This document shows, one piece after another, positions 32,107-45,186 of a stretch of DNA of 53,468 bases. Source of the DNA: Mitosporidium daphniae (taxonomy: Eukaryota). The position numbers were made by a program, and so were the translations under genes. The notes beneath the pieces are model-generated. The model was not told the origin of the DNA and ran no database searches. It saw only the letters and a list, made by a program, of their open reading frames with translations. The stretch is taken from contig NW_013546622.1 of assembly GCF_000760515.2 (NCBI RefSeq), positions 62,001 through 115,468 on the forward strand. The letters are read 5' to 3'. Position 1 is the stretch's first letter; every line of letters starts with the position of its first letter.

Positions 32107-33299
32107 ATGAGAGCATTGCCGGCATTGAGATTGAATGCAAATCTCATTACCTTATCTTCGCCCAGATATGGCATTCGCACGGGTCCACAGAGAATTGCAC
32201 CAAGATTTCCTGGAGATTCTCCGTTCAAGAGGGGTACCGCATTTGGTCCGCAGGGCAACATCCCAGGTGGGGTCAATAGCACCAAACTGCTTCGAAAGCG
32301 GCTGTGGCTTGCCGTCGCTGGTGCCAGTGCCCTTTTAATAGGGGGTGTCATTCTTCCCAACCTTGAAAAGGCTCCGATCACGCAGCGTTGGAGGCTGATG
32401 CTTGTCAACACACAGCAAGAGGCAACGCTCGGGTCTATGACGGCCGAAAGCCTTTGTCGGCAAAATGCATCTCTTTTACTTCCACCCAACGATCCCAGCG
32501 TGGTCCTTGTGCACAGGGTGACCAGAAGAATCCTATTGGCCGCTCTTACTGTATTTCCGGAATTATTTCCTCCAAATGCATCCTTTGAAGCTGTTCTCAA
32601 GTCGTTTCCAATACGAGTCATCAAATCGTCGATGGTAAACGCGTCCGTCCTTCCAGGTACCTTTTGAGTGAACAACTCTGTGTTTCAGATGGATCGATAT
32701 TCGTTTTTTCCGGGATCCTCCCTATCGCACACGAAGAGGCGGGGCTTGCCACGGTTCTAAGCCACGAGGTAAGCTGGTGTGTTGTCATACGTAGATCGCT
32801 CACAAGCTGTTGAGACATCACGGGGAGCGTATGTCTTTGTATGCCATTCTTTTGTACTTTGGCATCCTTGGTCAAATTGCAATTGGCGGAGGTACTTTTT
32901 GCCCCATTTCCACCGATAGATTCACTTATCAGATCCATTAATGATTTGCTGATGAAAATTGGTATCCTACTTCCCAACTCCAGAAAAACCGAAATCGAGG
33001 CTGATCATATTGGTCTTTTGCTCATGGCGGCAGCTTGTTATAACCCACAACAGGCCATCTCGTTTTGGCACAGGATGGATAAGGCTGCAACCGGCGGTCT
33101 CCATGAAGGACTGGACCGAAATAAGGGAGGCACCATTAAGCAGTTTCTGTCGACCCATCCTTCTCACGGAAAAAGAAGCGACAATCTTGAAGAAAAAATG
33201 CCGGAAGCCATGAAGATATGGGAGATGGCAAATTGTGATGAACAGACAAATGCTTTCTGGAGCAGGTTCAAGTATAACGGTCGGTATGGAGCATGGTGA
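32107..33299 (+). CDS. OMA1: Mitochondrial inner-membrane metalloprotease Oma1 (peptidase M48); 3 introns (32657-32688, 32769-32794, 32892-32919)
   Basis: Arg-rich presequence-like N-terminus; motifs LEKAPITQRWR, NASVLPDGSIFVFSG, LATVLSHEIAH (HExxH split by an intron), SRKTEIEADHIG and FLSTHPS. Confidence 0.92.
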
Positions 33300-33956
33300 G
33301 ACTTGATACCGCTATTGTAATTTTAATAATAAAGCGCTTGCACCATGCATATGCACCTTGATCGGCGTCAAAGCACTTGCAAATAGCCGACACGCATCTG
33401 ATAGCATGGCATTGTCTAAAATTTGACGAGTCCGGCGTATTTACAACCAAAAAGCAAGCACACCCCACAGGGCACTTGAATATGCTATTAACAGACCAGA
33501 ATCGTCTTTAAGAGCTGAGTTTATTTACCAGAAAAAGCCAATAAACCGATCGGCAATTTAATTTGCTGGAAACGTCTTTTTAGGAGACCATTTAGTGGCC
33601 ATTCTTCTGGTCAACACAGAAAGCTATCCGATAAATAAACAGGCTATTGAGACGCGTATCGTCGAGAAACATGCTATCACTAAGCCTTGCTGCAAAAATA
33701 CATTGAAATTGGCATTCTGGATGCAATGAAATCGCACATTGAGGTGTGCCCTCCTTGCTTTGAGACATGCGTGTCATATGCTTTTTGACTGATACATTTG
33801 CTTCAAACCCTAACCCTAAATCCAATGGTATGAATTCATCAAAAAAGCCATGTGAACCAATCAGATTTGAATGCGATTTGTGTTCATTAAAACGGGTCGC
33901 TTGCACCAACCAGACCCGAATTTTATTCCAGTTGATTAAACGAAATTCGGTCGACG

Positions 33957-34610
33957 ATGCAAACATCTTCTTCACTCGTCAAATACGGATGTATGGCGGT
34001 GTTATCCGTTTGTATTGCGGCTATGATTGTTTATTTTGGCATGTTAAGAGGCACATCCGTGTCGACGGCGCCAGCAATCCGCAAAGACACATCTCTAGAG
34101 CCGTCGTTGGTATCTTCACACCCCCGTTTTGAAACTTTAGCCTCCTCTTTGGCATCTATAGAGACTTCGCATGCATGCCCTGCAAATTCTTCCATGACCA
34201 GGATTTACATGTCTTCGAAAGTAATTTATGACCTCCTGGCCATCAGTGCCAAGGTATGCACGAGTGATATTATGATTGCTTTCCTCTCTGCTGGAGCTAG
34301 TGTCATATTGCTTATCAGACACCAAAGGCGTAAAAACATACCTGAAGAGACTCCTTGGTATGTTTTCAGGCAATTCAGCCCATCAGTTCAGAGATATGCT
34401 TATGGATTGTTTATGTTGATCTGTTTTTCATCTTTGATATCTTTTTATATCCGTGATCATTATAGAATCCGTTTTAAGGATCCCGATAGAGGCGACAGAG
34501 TTAATTTCTTGATCCTAACGATGTTGTACTTGATATTCTTGGTGATTTTCTCCAGACTTTTTTTTCTTGTTTTATGGGTTTTTTCGTGGATTTTTTCATT
34601 TATTTTTTGA
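33957..34610 (+). CDS. Hypothetical membrane protein, 217 aa, about 4 hydrophobic segments
   Basis: Intact ORF with the same layout as 1535-2239; a CCCTAA box lies upstream at 33805-33820. Confidence 0.7.
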   Translation: MQTSSSLVKYGCMAVLSVCIAAMIVYFGMLRGTSVSTAPAIRKDTSLEPSLVSSHPRFETLASSLASIETSHACPANSSMTRIYMSSKVIYDLLAISAKVCTSDIMIAFLSAGASVILLIRHQRRKNIPEETPWYVFRQFSPSVQRYAYGLFMLICFSSLISFYIRDHYRIRFKDPDRGDRVNFLILTMLYLIFLVIFSRLFFLVLWVFSWIFSFIF

Positions 34611-34802
34611 TATATTGAGCGAAACCTTAAAATGAAACAACACTTCCTTATTAATTGGCATACCCGCTATAAAAGCAATAAATGCAGTTAAACCTTTCGG
34701 TAAGTAGTGATTTTTGCAGTCTCGAAAGTGCGATTTGCACGTCATGATGTTCGATTTATTAGCTGGTGATAATTTACAAACTTTCTTAGCCAATGAATTG
34801 CT

Positions 34803-35063
34803 TCATTGGCGATTGAAATTCACTTTCATCTGGCGAAACCAATCTCTAACATCCTCTAGCTCGTAATTATTGGAGGTTGAAGTTGCATTTTCAAATGCCC
34901 CTGGGGGATACCGGTTGTTTATGGTTTGGTAGCTGTGGTCTTCCATGTTTGAACAGCCATTTTCGCTGCTGCTGTCAGAATCTGATGAGGTCGATGTGTG
35001 TCGATATTGCGCAGAGGCCGATATACGTCGGTATGCCTCAGCGGCATTATTCATTCTGTCCAT
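34803..35063 (-). CDS. Small hypothetical protein, about 86 aa
   Basis: ATG follows an AT-rich leader; Ser/Asp-rich; no recognised homology. Confidence 0.4.
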   Translation of the reverse strand: MDRMNNAAEAYRRISASAQYRHTSTSSDSDSSSENGCSNMEDHSYQTINNRYPPGAFENATSTSNNYELEDVRDWFRQMKVNFNRQ

Positions 35064-35239
35064 TGAATAAAAAAGTTGCAAGGGCCAATTTTAATATTTA
35101 AACTTTTTGTTAAAATGGAAATCCAATTTACACGATGCAGTACTGCAATAGACAACGGCTCTGAAAAGCAGCGCCTTCTTGTACGGTTTCCAGGTTGCTT
35201 TTAAACTATTTTAATTGCACTGCCTTTTTATTTTTATTT

Positions 35240-37141
<1,902 letters not shown>

Positions 37142-37227
37142 TTTAATTTTCGGGTCCAATTGTGAATATCAAATTCGTGATGAGTAATTGAGGCAATTTA
37201 TCATTTCACATCATAACGAATACATTG

Positions 37228-38957
37228 ATGACTCTTTGCATTCCCGACAAGGAGCTCGCCATTTTAATCGATCGCTGGATTGAATACGATTCTAATACCA
37301 ACACCAGGGCATTCATAGCTGGATTGAAGGAAAAAAATAGCTGGGATGTTCTGGAATCTCTGATGCGCCCCCGCATTTCATTTGGCACTGCCGGACTGCG
37401 TGCAGAAATGGGCGCTGGCTTTGCACGCATGAACGATCTTACGGTTATGCAGACATCGCAAGGCCTTGCCTCTTATGTCAAGAAGCACACAGCAAAGGAA
37501 GAGCCGGTTGCAGTGATTGGATACGACCATCGGGCAAATTCGAAAACCTTTTCTCGAATCACAACCGAGGCCTTTTTAAAGAAGGGGTTCAAGGTATTTT
37601 TGTTCCCAGACATCATTCCAACACCCCTTCTGGCCTTTTCTGTGCTGCAGCTAAAGGCCGATATTGGAGTCATGATAACCGCATCGCACAATCCAAAGTC
37701 CGACAATGGCTACAAGGTCTATTGGTCGAATGGAGCCCAGATTCTGGCCCCCCATGATGCCAATATCTTATGCTCCATCCAGGCGAATCTGGAGCCCTGG
37801 TCTGCGTTGCCAAGCGCGCTTGACAAGACTTTTGTTCCTGACACGCTCTGTGCCTACTTGTCTTCAATTACATCCATTCTTTCCGTCAAAACGGCGCCAA
37901 AATCGGTTCCCCGTGTCGTGTATACAGCAATGCATGGAGTTGGCTATCAAACTGTCAAAGCATCTGTGAAAGCCTGTGGCTTTCCAGAGTTATTTCCGGT
38001 AAAATCTCAGGTCGATCCGGACCCAGAGTTTCCAACAGCACCCAAGCCCAACCCCGAAGAAGCAGGCGCTTTTGATGAGGCCTTTAAAACCGCCAAGGAT
38101 GTTGGTGCTACGGTTATCTTTTCTAATGACCCAGATGCCGATCGCTTTTCACTTGCCGAGGAGCTTTCTGATGGGAAATGGAGGATCTTTACTGGAGACG
38201 AAGTTGGGATCATCCTAGCCTCATATTTGGTGGAGGAGGGCTTGTTCAGGGAAACACCGAACATTGCCGTTTTGAATACTGTGGTCTCCAGTTCACTGTT
38301 GGGCAAAATGGCTTCTAATTGGAGTGCTGAGTATGCCCACCGCAAGTTTAAATATGCCCAGTGTCTAACTGGGTTCAAAAACATCGTACATTCGGCGCAG
38401 AGGCTAATGAACCAGGGATATAATGTTGCGCTTGCTTACGAAGAGGCGCTTGGCTATATGTGTACGACAAATGTGATGGACAAGGACGGCATTTCTGCGC
38501 TTATGAATGCCTGCTGAAAAGCTACCCGCAGACTTTTTCTCAAAGGCTCGACGCGATTTATCAAAAACACGGCTACATTTCTGTTTTCAACCATTACTAT
38601 TTGGCTCCGAATTCTCTTTTGCAGATCCCAGCAGCGTTTTCAGCGCTTTCCGAAAAGGTAAAAGCGGGTGCCGTGATTTTTGATGGCGTCAAAATTGCAT
38701 CAGTTGAAGACAATTCGGCAAAAAGCACTTTTTCCGTCACCATCAAAGAGCCAGCCTCGATTACGATTTGTTTCAGGGCCTCTGGAACGGAGCCGAAATT
38801 GAAGTTTTACAGCCAATTGGGTCCAGTTTCTTACGTCGCAACTCAAAAGAGTTCGTGGGATTTGAAGCTGCAAAATACCGTGCTCTCGCTTATTGACAAG
38901 TTCCTCAGCCCATCAGACCTGGGATTGATCCCGTCCCCAAAGATGTGCGAACCATAG
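37228..38957 (+). CDS. Phosphoglucomutase/phosphopentomutase (PGM2/Prm15 type) with an apparent frameshift near 38500
   Basis: Motifs FGTAGLR, ITASHNPKSDNGYK, DPDADRF, AYEEALGY and DKDGISA lie in the first frame; IYQKHGY and RASGTEPKLKFY lie in a different frame. Confidence 0.9.
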
Positions 38958-39133
38958 CCGGTCAATAAAATCTTGATGCACACATGTGTAAGAACATAGC
39001 CCCTTCGCTGTGCCCCTCTTTCTGGCCGCCTCTTTGCTCTTACCCACACAGTGCAATACCATTGTGTCGGACTAACTGAGGCTAGCGCTAAACACGCTTT
39101 TAGGACAAGATGCAGTGGTAACCGGCAATTCTT

Positions 39134-40845
39134 TTATTGGCATGTTTGGTTGTCAAACGAAAATCCTTCCAAATGTACCCCAATTGCTGAGTAGCTATCA
39201 GAGGGCGGGGAAATGGCAACAGGAAGCGTGGTGAAGATTGGATCAAAGTTGATGCATTCGAAATATGGATCCTAAATATGGGGGTATCGCCAAAAGGATC
39301 ATACCTTTTGCGGCTCGAACAGAGGAATGACCTGCCTTGTGGCTAATTTCTTCCAATCAACCTGCTCAAAAAAAGGATGCTGCTTAATGTCAGAGATAGA
39401 AAGCCGCTGGCTTTGCTTTCGATTGAGCAGTCCCAAGCAAAGCGAGCGGGCAGAGCTAGTCAAGCTCCGGCTGGACAGATCCAATGGTAAATAAATAATA
39501 TTATGACACATTTTGGAGACGTCGTTCTGCCAGAAAAGCGGCATTCCAACAAACATCTCGTAAATAACGATCCCCAAGCTCCAAATATCAATGGCGTGGT
39601 TGTATGGGGTTCCTTGAAGGATTTCTGGAGCCAAATAGTCATATGTTCCGCAAAAGGTGTCCGTCAGCGAATAAGAGTCAACGGCCTTGGATAGCCCAAA
39701 GTCGGCGAGCACAAGAAATCCTAAAGCAAATAGACAAATGGAAACCGCTACCCTTGTCGTCCAATAAGATGTTTTCGGGCTTCAAATCGCGATAAATGAT
39801 TCGCTTTGAGTGGAGATATTCCAGCCCCAGAACAATTTGGGCAGCAAAAAACTTGACCATATTTTCTGGTAGAAGCCTATTTTTGGACAAAAGCGTGGCA
39901 AGATCGCCGCCAGAATAATACGGGAAAACATAAAACAGCTCTGTGCTGTTTTGGAACGACGAAAGCAGCTGAATAACAAATAAATTTTCATTTTTCGAGC
40001 ACTCAACAAGGATTTGCCTTTCCGAATGGGAGTGCTCCAATTCTTTAAAATTCTTAATTGAGCGTTTGTGTGTGGATTTAATGGCGACTAAAGTAGACGT
40101 TGAGGTGTCCCAGGACAGGAAGACCTTCCCAATTGATCCCTTTCCGATAACCTTCAGCAAAATGTATCTCTCGCACGCAAATTTGTAAGCCCAATTCAAA
40201 GACTCGATTTGGAAAAAAGTCATGAAAAGCGTGGATTCCCACATACAAGAGGCAATGATCACATATTTGAAAAAGTCGATCAGAAAAGAAAGAACTTCTT
40301 CCCAGAACAAGATGAGGGCAAGAGACCCCTTATCCGTGGGGTGACCAAGCATTGGCTTTACGTACGAAAGAATGGAGTTGTAGATGCGGTTCGATTGCGA
40401 TCTTTTGGCAAGTGCCTTCTTGTACAAGGCCGAGTATGAATATGAGATTTGCTTGAAAAATGATATCGGGACCTCGTCCCAATGGCAGCACAGCGAAACC
40501 TTGCAAAAATACAATGTGGCTTTGTTACCTCCTCAAAAAAAAGCTGCACCTCGGAAAGCTTCTTGCAAATCTGAATGTCGGAATATGGCGAGTCTTTGAT
40601 TTTGATCGAAAAATACTGCAATAAAAAACGCCAAGCCAAACCGCGTAAAACTCCATCAAGGAGACCTCCTTTGAAGCAAGCGGTGCCTGGTTTGAAAATG
40701 AAACCCTCTCGATTTTGAACACCAGAAAATCATTCTCCAACGCATAGTTATAAAAGGGGCTCGTAAAAATGGACACAGGGGCCGTGTCTTGCGGCTCCTT
40801 TAAATGCTTCCAACCGAAGGGAACAGATAGGGGGGAGCAAAGCAT
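39134..40845 (-). CDS. AGC-family Ser/Thr kinase (SGK/Ypk/Akt-like) with possible degenerate PX-like N-terminus; introns 40616-40641, 40500-40528, 39721-39751, 39272-39304
   Basis: Motifs VIGKGSIGKV, YRDLKPENILLD, ADFGLSK, TFCGTYDYLAPE, NFDPIFT and hydrophobic motif LEGFSF. The 5' structure is less certain. Confidence 0.85.
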
Positions 40846-41569
40846 TTAGCGACTGATGGAATCAGGAGTTGAGCTGAACCCGGTAAATTCAAATTAGCCC
40901 AAACGTAAAGCATAGATCAAAGATCAACGTCATGCATCAGGCAGAAGATTTTCCTATTTGGGATTAATAGTTGACCAGAATGAATTTTTAGGGTTGAATT
41001 TGATTGCTCAAACCAAAGCTTTATGCCCAAATGGGAGGGTGTGTGGATGGTGCCAACTGCATTTTGAAGCCCGTAAAGAGCTTCAATGGTTTGGTTGATC
41101 CTTGCTTTTTGGTGCCCAGCTGCGATTGTCGGCATCTATTGAAAAAAGATCTTTGCGAGGCGTCCCACTGTTAGCTAGAATTTAGGACGTTGCACTATTT
41201 TCCAACGAAACGTGGGATCTTTGTTGATCCGGACCGATGGCTTCTAACTGTCGCACCACCTTGTACAAAGTAACGGCATACTTAGAAACCGTGACCACGA
41301 CGACAGGCACTGTGGATCGTGCATCCATGTGTTTTTGATATCAAATCGGGTGTTTGGCGTGCCGTACTTTTAGACCCGCATCGGTTTAAATGTGCCATGT
41401 GGCCACCCGGCCAAGGTGGCAGTTGCCGAAAACAAGCCCAACTCCAAGCCCCGTAAACGTGTACCACTACTCAAGACTTCAAGGGGGCAATATAACGTGT
41501 GCACACAAAGTTAGCTGTCATCAGAACATGGGAGCAAATCGCACCGCCACATGTAAAAGTCCGCATAGT

Positions 41570-43691
41570 TTATTCGGAATCCGAGCTTTGTACGAAGCCT
41601 TTTCTTTGGATGCGATCATGGCGAGGCGAGGTCGCCGGAGCTACATTGATTTTGATGTCGCAGTGGAAATCCGTGTTCAAAAAAGAGTCACACTTCAGCT
41701 CAAGACTGAGCGCAAATGATCCCGGCTGTGTGGGCGCGTTAAACTGCAGCACCAGCGAGGGTTTAAGGGGCTGATTTTCCTTCAAAAGGTCCGCGATCCG
41801 AGGAATCGATGTGATTTTCACAGGCGAGCACTGCAACGTGCCGGTTCTGCTTTGAGAGAGCAGGGCCCACCACGCCGGAAACTTGATGCCGGGGAAGCGC
41901 GGCGCATGCACCGCCGGCATGCTACCGTTTCCACTGGACGGAATTGTGGCAATATTTGCTTCGCATTCCTCGTCACTCAAAAGCGAAAGCTTCTTAGCCT
42001 GGCGCTCTTCCTCTGGGCTCATCGCAAGTGTAATGAAGAAAAAGGCAGTCACCAACGCACCGGCAGGAATATCATCGTGTTCCAGTACTGAAAAATTAGT
42101 GCTTTAAAATGTGGCACCTTTGAATTGGGGCTTTACCAGAATCACCCGAGGATACCTGGTAACGGTCACAATCAGCTCTTCTTGCAGCAATGGATCTGCC
42201 GCAAGCTCCCTAACCCTAAACATGCCATGAATACCTTAGCTCATCTACAGGAAGCTCCTTTAGATCCCACGGCATCTTAATGGACGGCTAAAATAAAAAT
42301 CAGTTGCTAACCCTCTTTTGACGAAGCTGTTTGATCGAATCAGGGGTAAACCCTGGAAACTGAAGAAGCCCAAGTGTTGGATCTGCAATGGCTTGCACAA
42401 GCATCTAGAGATCACCGCGATAAAGTTACTTGTCCAAACGTGATGATGTTGAAGGAGGTGGAGACCCAGCTTCTTGCAGTTGCGATTTGGAAGAGCCCTC
42501 CAACGAGGTGAAATGATTTCTCCACAACAAATTGTTGAGCTATCAAGTAACAACAACAGGATTTCTACCTTTGGTCATCGAGTTTGGAATGGTGGCTCTG
42601 TACAGATGGCACCATAAAAGCAGCAGGGTTCTTCTTGCGACATCATTTTTGGCTATTGACGCGGGAAAGAGATTTTCTGGATCTGTTTCCATAAATTGAA
42701 ATTCCGGAACTGCCTTCAATGCATCAATCAGGCTCTACAGGGGAGAAAGTAAAAACCCAAACATTTTCGTCGTCTTGCTGGAGCTGCTTGATGATCTGGG
42801 ATTCTTCTTTGAATTCAAAAGCACGGCATATGATATTGGGAAGGGCTACAATAAGTAACACATTGCCATACCACCGACGCCCTTAATAAGGGCGGTGTCG
42901 TCTCGCAGCTCACGATAGAAGAGCGACATCGTCGCAAAACGGACTTTATGCTTTGTGTAGAGCTTCGAGTAATTCCACCAGCGACCAATGGCGTATGGTA
43001 ACAGAATTCCAAAGGCAAGCCCATAGGCCGCAAGCATCCAAAAAACATTTGAACGAGAAATCATCCAAGCGGGGAGCGCAATCCCGACCGTCATATTCCG
43101 GATGCCATCGGCATTTCCTGTCTCATCAAAAAGACGGCGCGTTTCTTCATCTGTCAAAACCTTGTATGCCTTATTGATTTCAATGAATTTTTCTTGGGCT
43201 TGTTCCCTCATCTCGAAAGAGACTTTATCTGGGTGATGCACCAGCGTAAGTCGCTTATATGCTTTTTTGACCTCAGTATCAGTGGCCTTGGAAGAAAGAC
43301 CGAGCACGGCATATGGATCGTATCCCACCGGGAAAGAGTGACGGGATTGCCACACTGACCAGCCAATCATTATGAAAAGCAGGACCCCAACAATAAGAAT
43401 CCATGTCCTATTGAGAAAGAAAATCATTCAAATACGATTTTAAACTTAAAATCGGACGCTCCTGGGCCTTGATTGCGGTGCTTTTTCGATGACAGGCTTC
43501 ACAAGGACAAGCCTGTGCAAGAGCAACTGAGATCTTCCTTTTTTCTAGAAGGTACAAGCAGGACACGTACCTTTAATCAATGACAAAATGAAATATACAA
43601 AAAAGACAAAAAGGAAAAAGCCATGAATGATAAACAGAAAGTGTGCAAAGCTAGTGCCCTCGGAATCATAGTTGAAAGTGGGACGAGCCAT
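41570..43691 (-). CDS. SEC63: Translocon J-domain protein Sec63; 9 introns (43545-43570, 43408-43435, 42846-42871, 42735-42762, 42540-42568, 42405-42429, 42288-42311, 42210-42234, 42088-42117)
   Basis: N-terminal FNYDSEGTSF, TM helices, J-domain (YDPYAVLG...HHPDK), GIALPAW, VHAPRFP and LQFNAP...CDSFLNTD. Confidence 0.93.
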
Positions 43692-43794
43692 CACGATTCA
43701 ATGCAATCTGTAAAATAAATGACATTAGGGTTGGGTTGCGCCATTAAAACGCCTATTTTTATATTTTAAAAGCAAATTTAAATTTAAAGGCTCA

Positions 43795-44887
43795 ATGGCG
43801 ATTTTCGGATTTGTAAGCCGTAATTCCCTAATTCAAGGGTTCTAATGGAAACGGGCAGCTGGGCGTCCACGATTTCGAAGACCGGTATTCGAGCACGGTG
43901 ATCCCCATTCCAGACCCTTACATAATGGCGGGCGGCCCAAATCATACCCTTGCTATTATGGAAGATAATAGCGTCTGGGGCGCTGGCCTCAATTGTTCAG
44001 GCCAATTGGGTCTTCCGCAGAGCATAGACCGTGTTCATACATTTACACACATTTTCCAACTCCCAAAAACGGTTTCGATCCAGGCTGTGGTGTGTGGATG
44101 GGATTTCAGCATCGTATTATCAAAGGAGAATTGTCTTTGGGTCGCCGGCTCAAACAGAAAAGGAACCATATTGCTGGAGTCGCAAAGGCCCTATTTCTCC
44201 TTTGAAAAGATCGAGCCTGCAATGGAATCGATTTGCAAGCTTTCAGCTGGACTGTACCACGTCCTTGCTCTAACACACGGACAAAAACTCTACGGTTGGG
44301 GAGATGGAAAAAAGATGTTGTTCGGAAGAAACACAGGCATTACTCAGCCAATCCTCCTGGAATTCCCGGAAACATGCATCATTGACATGGCTGCAGGGAT
44401 CAAGGTTACGGTGGCTCTTGGTGCATCTGGTACCGTTTATGTGAACTCGAAACATGAAGGTGGATTTTCCCCCCTGTTCAAGGTTTCGAATGGCCCCGTT
44501 GATTCATCGCATTCACTGCACTCGACATGGCATTCCTTTTTCATGGTGACGCGGAATAAGCTTTTTGGATGGGGACGCAATAACTTTTCTCAAATTTCAA
44601 GCAGCCATCCTTCAACTCTGAGCGTCAGTCCAGCCACCATTGACGACCTCCCGTTTGCCGCTTCAGAAATCGCAAAGGTACCCCATGTGGCTAATGTTTG
44701 GTAGTTTATCACCGGATCAGAACACATAATGGTATTACTTAGAAATGGAGAGGTATGGAGCTGGGGGTGGAATGAGCATGGAAACTGCGGAACTGATCCG
44801 TCAGCCTGGTGCGAAAAGAAGAAAATTATCCCGGAGGCTGCAATAGATATTTTTACGGGATATGCCCATTCATTTGTCAAATTGTAA
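43795..44887 (+). CDS. ATS1: RCC1-repeat protein, Ats1/Kti13/SERGEF-like; introns 43813-43837 and 44678-44704
   Basis: Spliced N-terminus MAIFGFGSNGNGQLG; motifs AGGPNHT, VVCGWDFS, GSEH and VWSWGWNEHGNCG. Confidence 0.8.
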
Positions 44888-44901
44888 AATTAATCAAAAA
44901 A

Positions 44902-44983
44902 CGTCAGCAGCAGGGTTTGAACCTACGCGGGCAGAGCCCATTAGATTTCAAGTCTAACACCTTAACCACTCGGTCATGCTGAC
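44902..44983 (-). tRNA. tRNA-Ser (anticodon UGA), 82 nt, intronless
   Basis: Minus strand reads GTCAGCA...TGCTGAC-G acceptor stem, D loop CCGAGTGGTTAAGG, anticodon arm TTAGA-CTTGAAA-TCTAA, long variable arm GGGC-TCT-GCCC and T loop GGTTCAAA. A T6 Pol III terminator follows (44896-44901). Confidence 0.97.
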
Positions 44984-45186
44984 TGATTCAAAGTTACTAA
45001 ATCATTTATTATATTATGTATAACAAGATTAAATTGACCGGGTTCACAAGGATGTGTAAATTTAATCGATTTATTTTATTGGATGAATTTCTATACTGTC
45101 TCGACTATTGGTTTATCAGATGAACCAATTGTACCATACCCATTCTGATACAAATATGTACAGATGCCCTGGGATCATCAATCTTT

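Noticed and set aside
33805..33820. Chromosome end or interstitial telomere fusion scar
   Set aside because: Only about 2.5 repeat units, and similar short boxes are scattered across many promoters, so a regulatory motif fits better.
40917..41467. Small ORFs between the kinase and SEC63
   Set aside because: Short frames interrupted by stops, no consistent splice model and no homology recognised; a microprotein cannot be excluded.
44902..44983. Selenocysteine or opal suppressor tRNA
   Set aside because: The gene is on the minus strand with anticodon UGA (reads UCA, Ser); the TCA seen on the plus strand is its complement. Arm lengths fit a standard tRNA-Ser.
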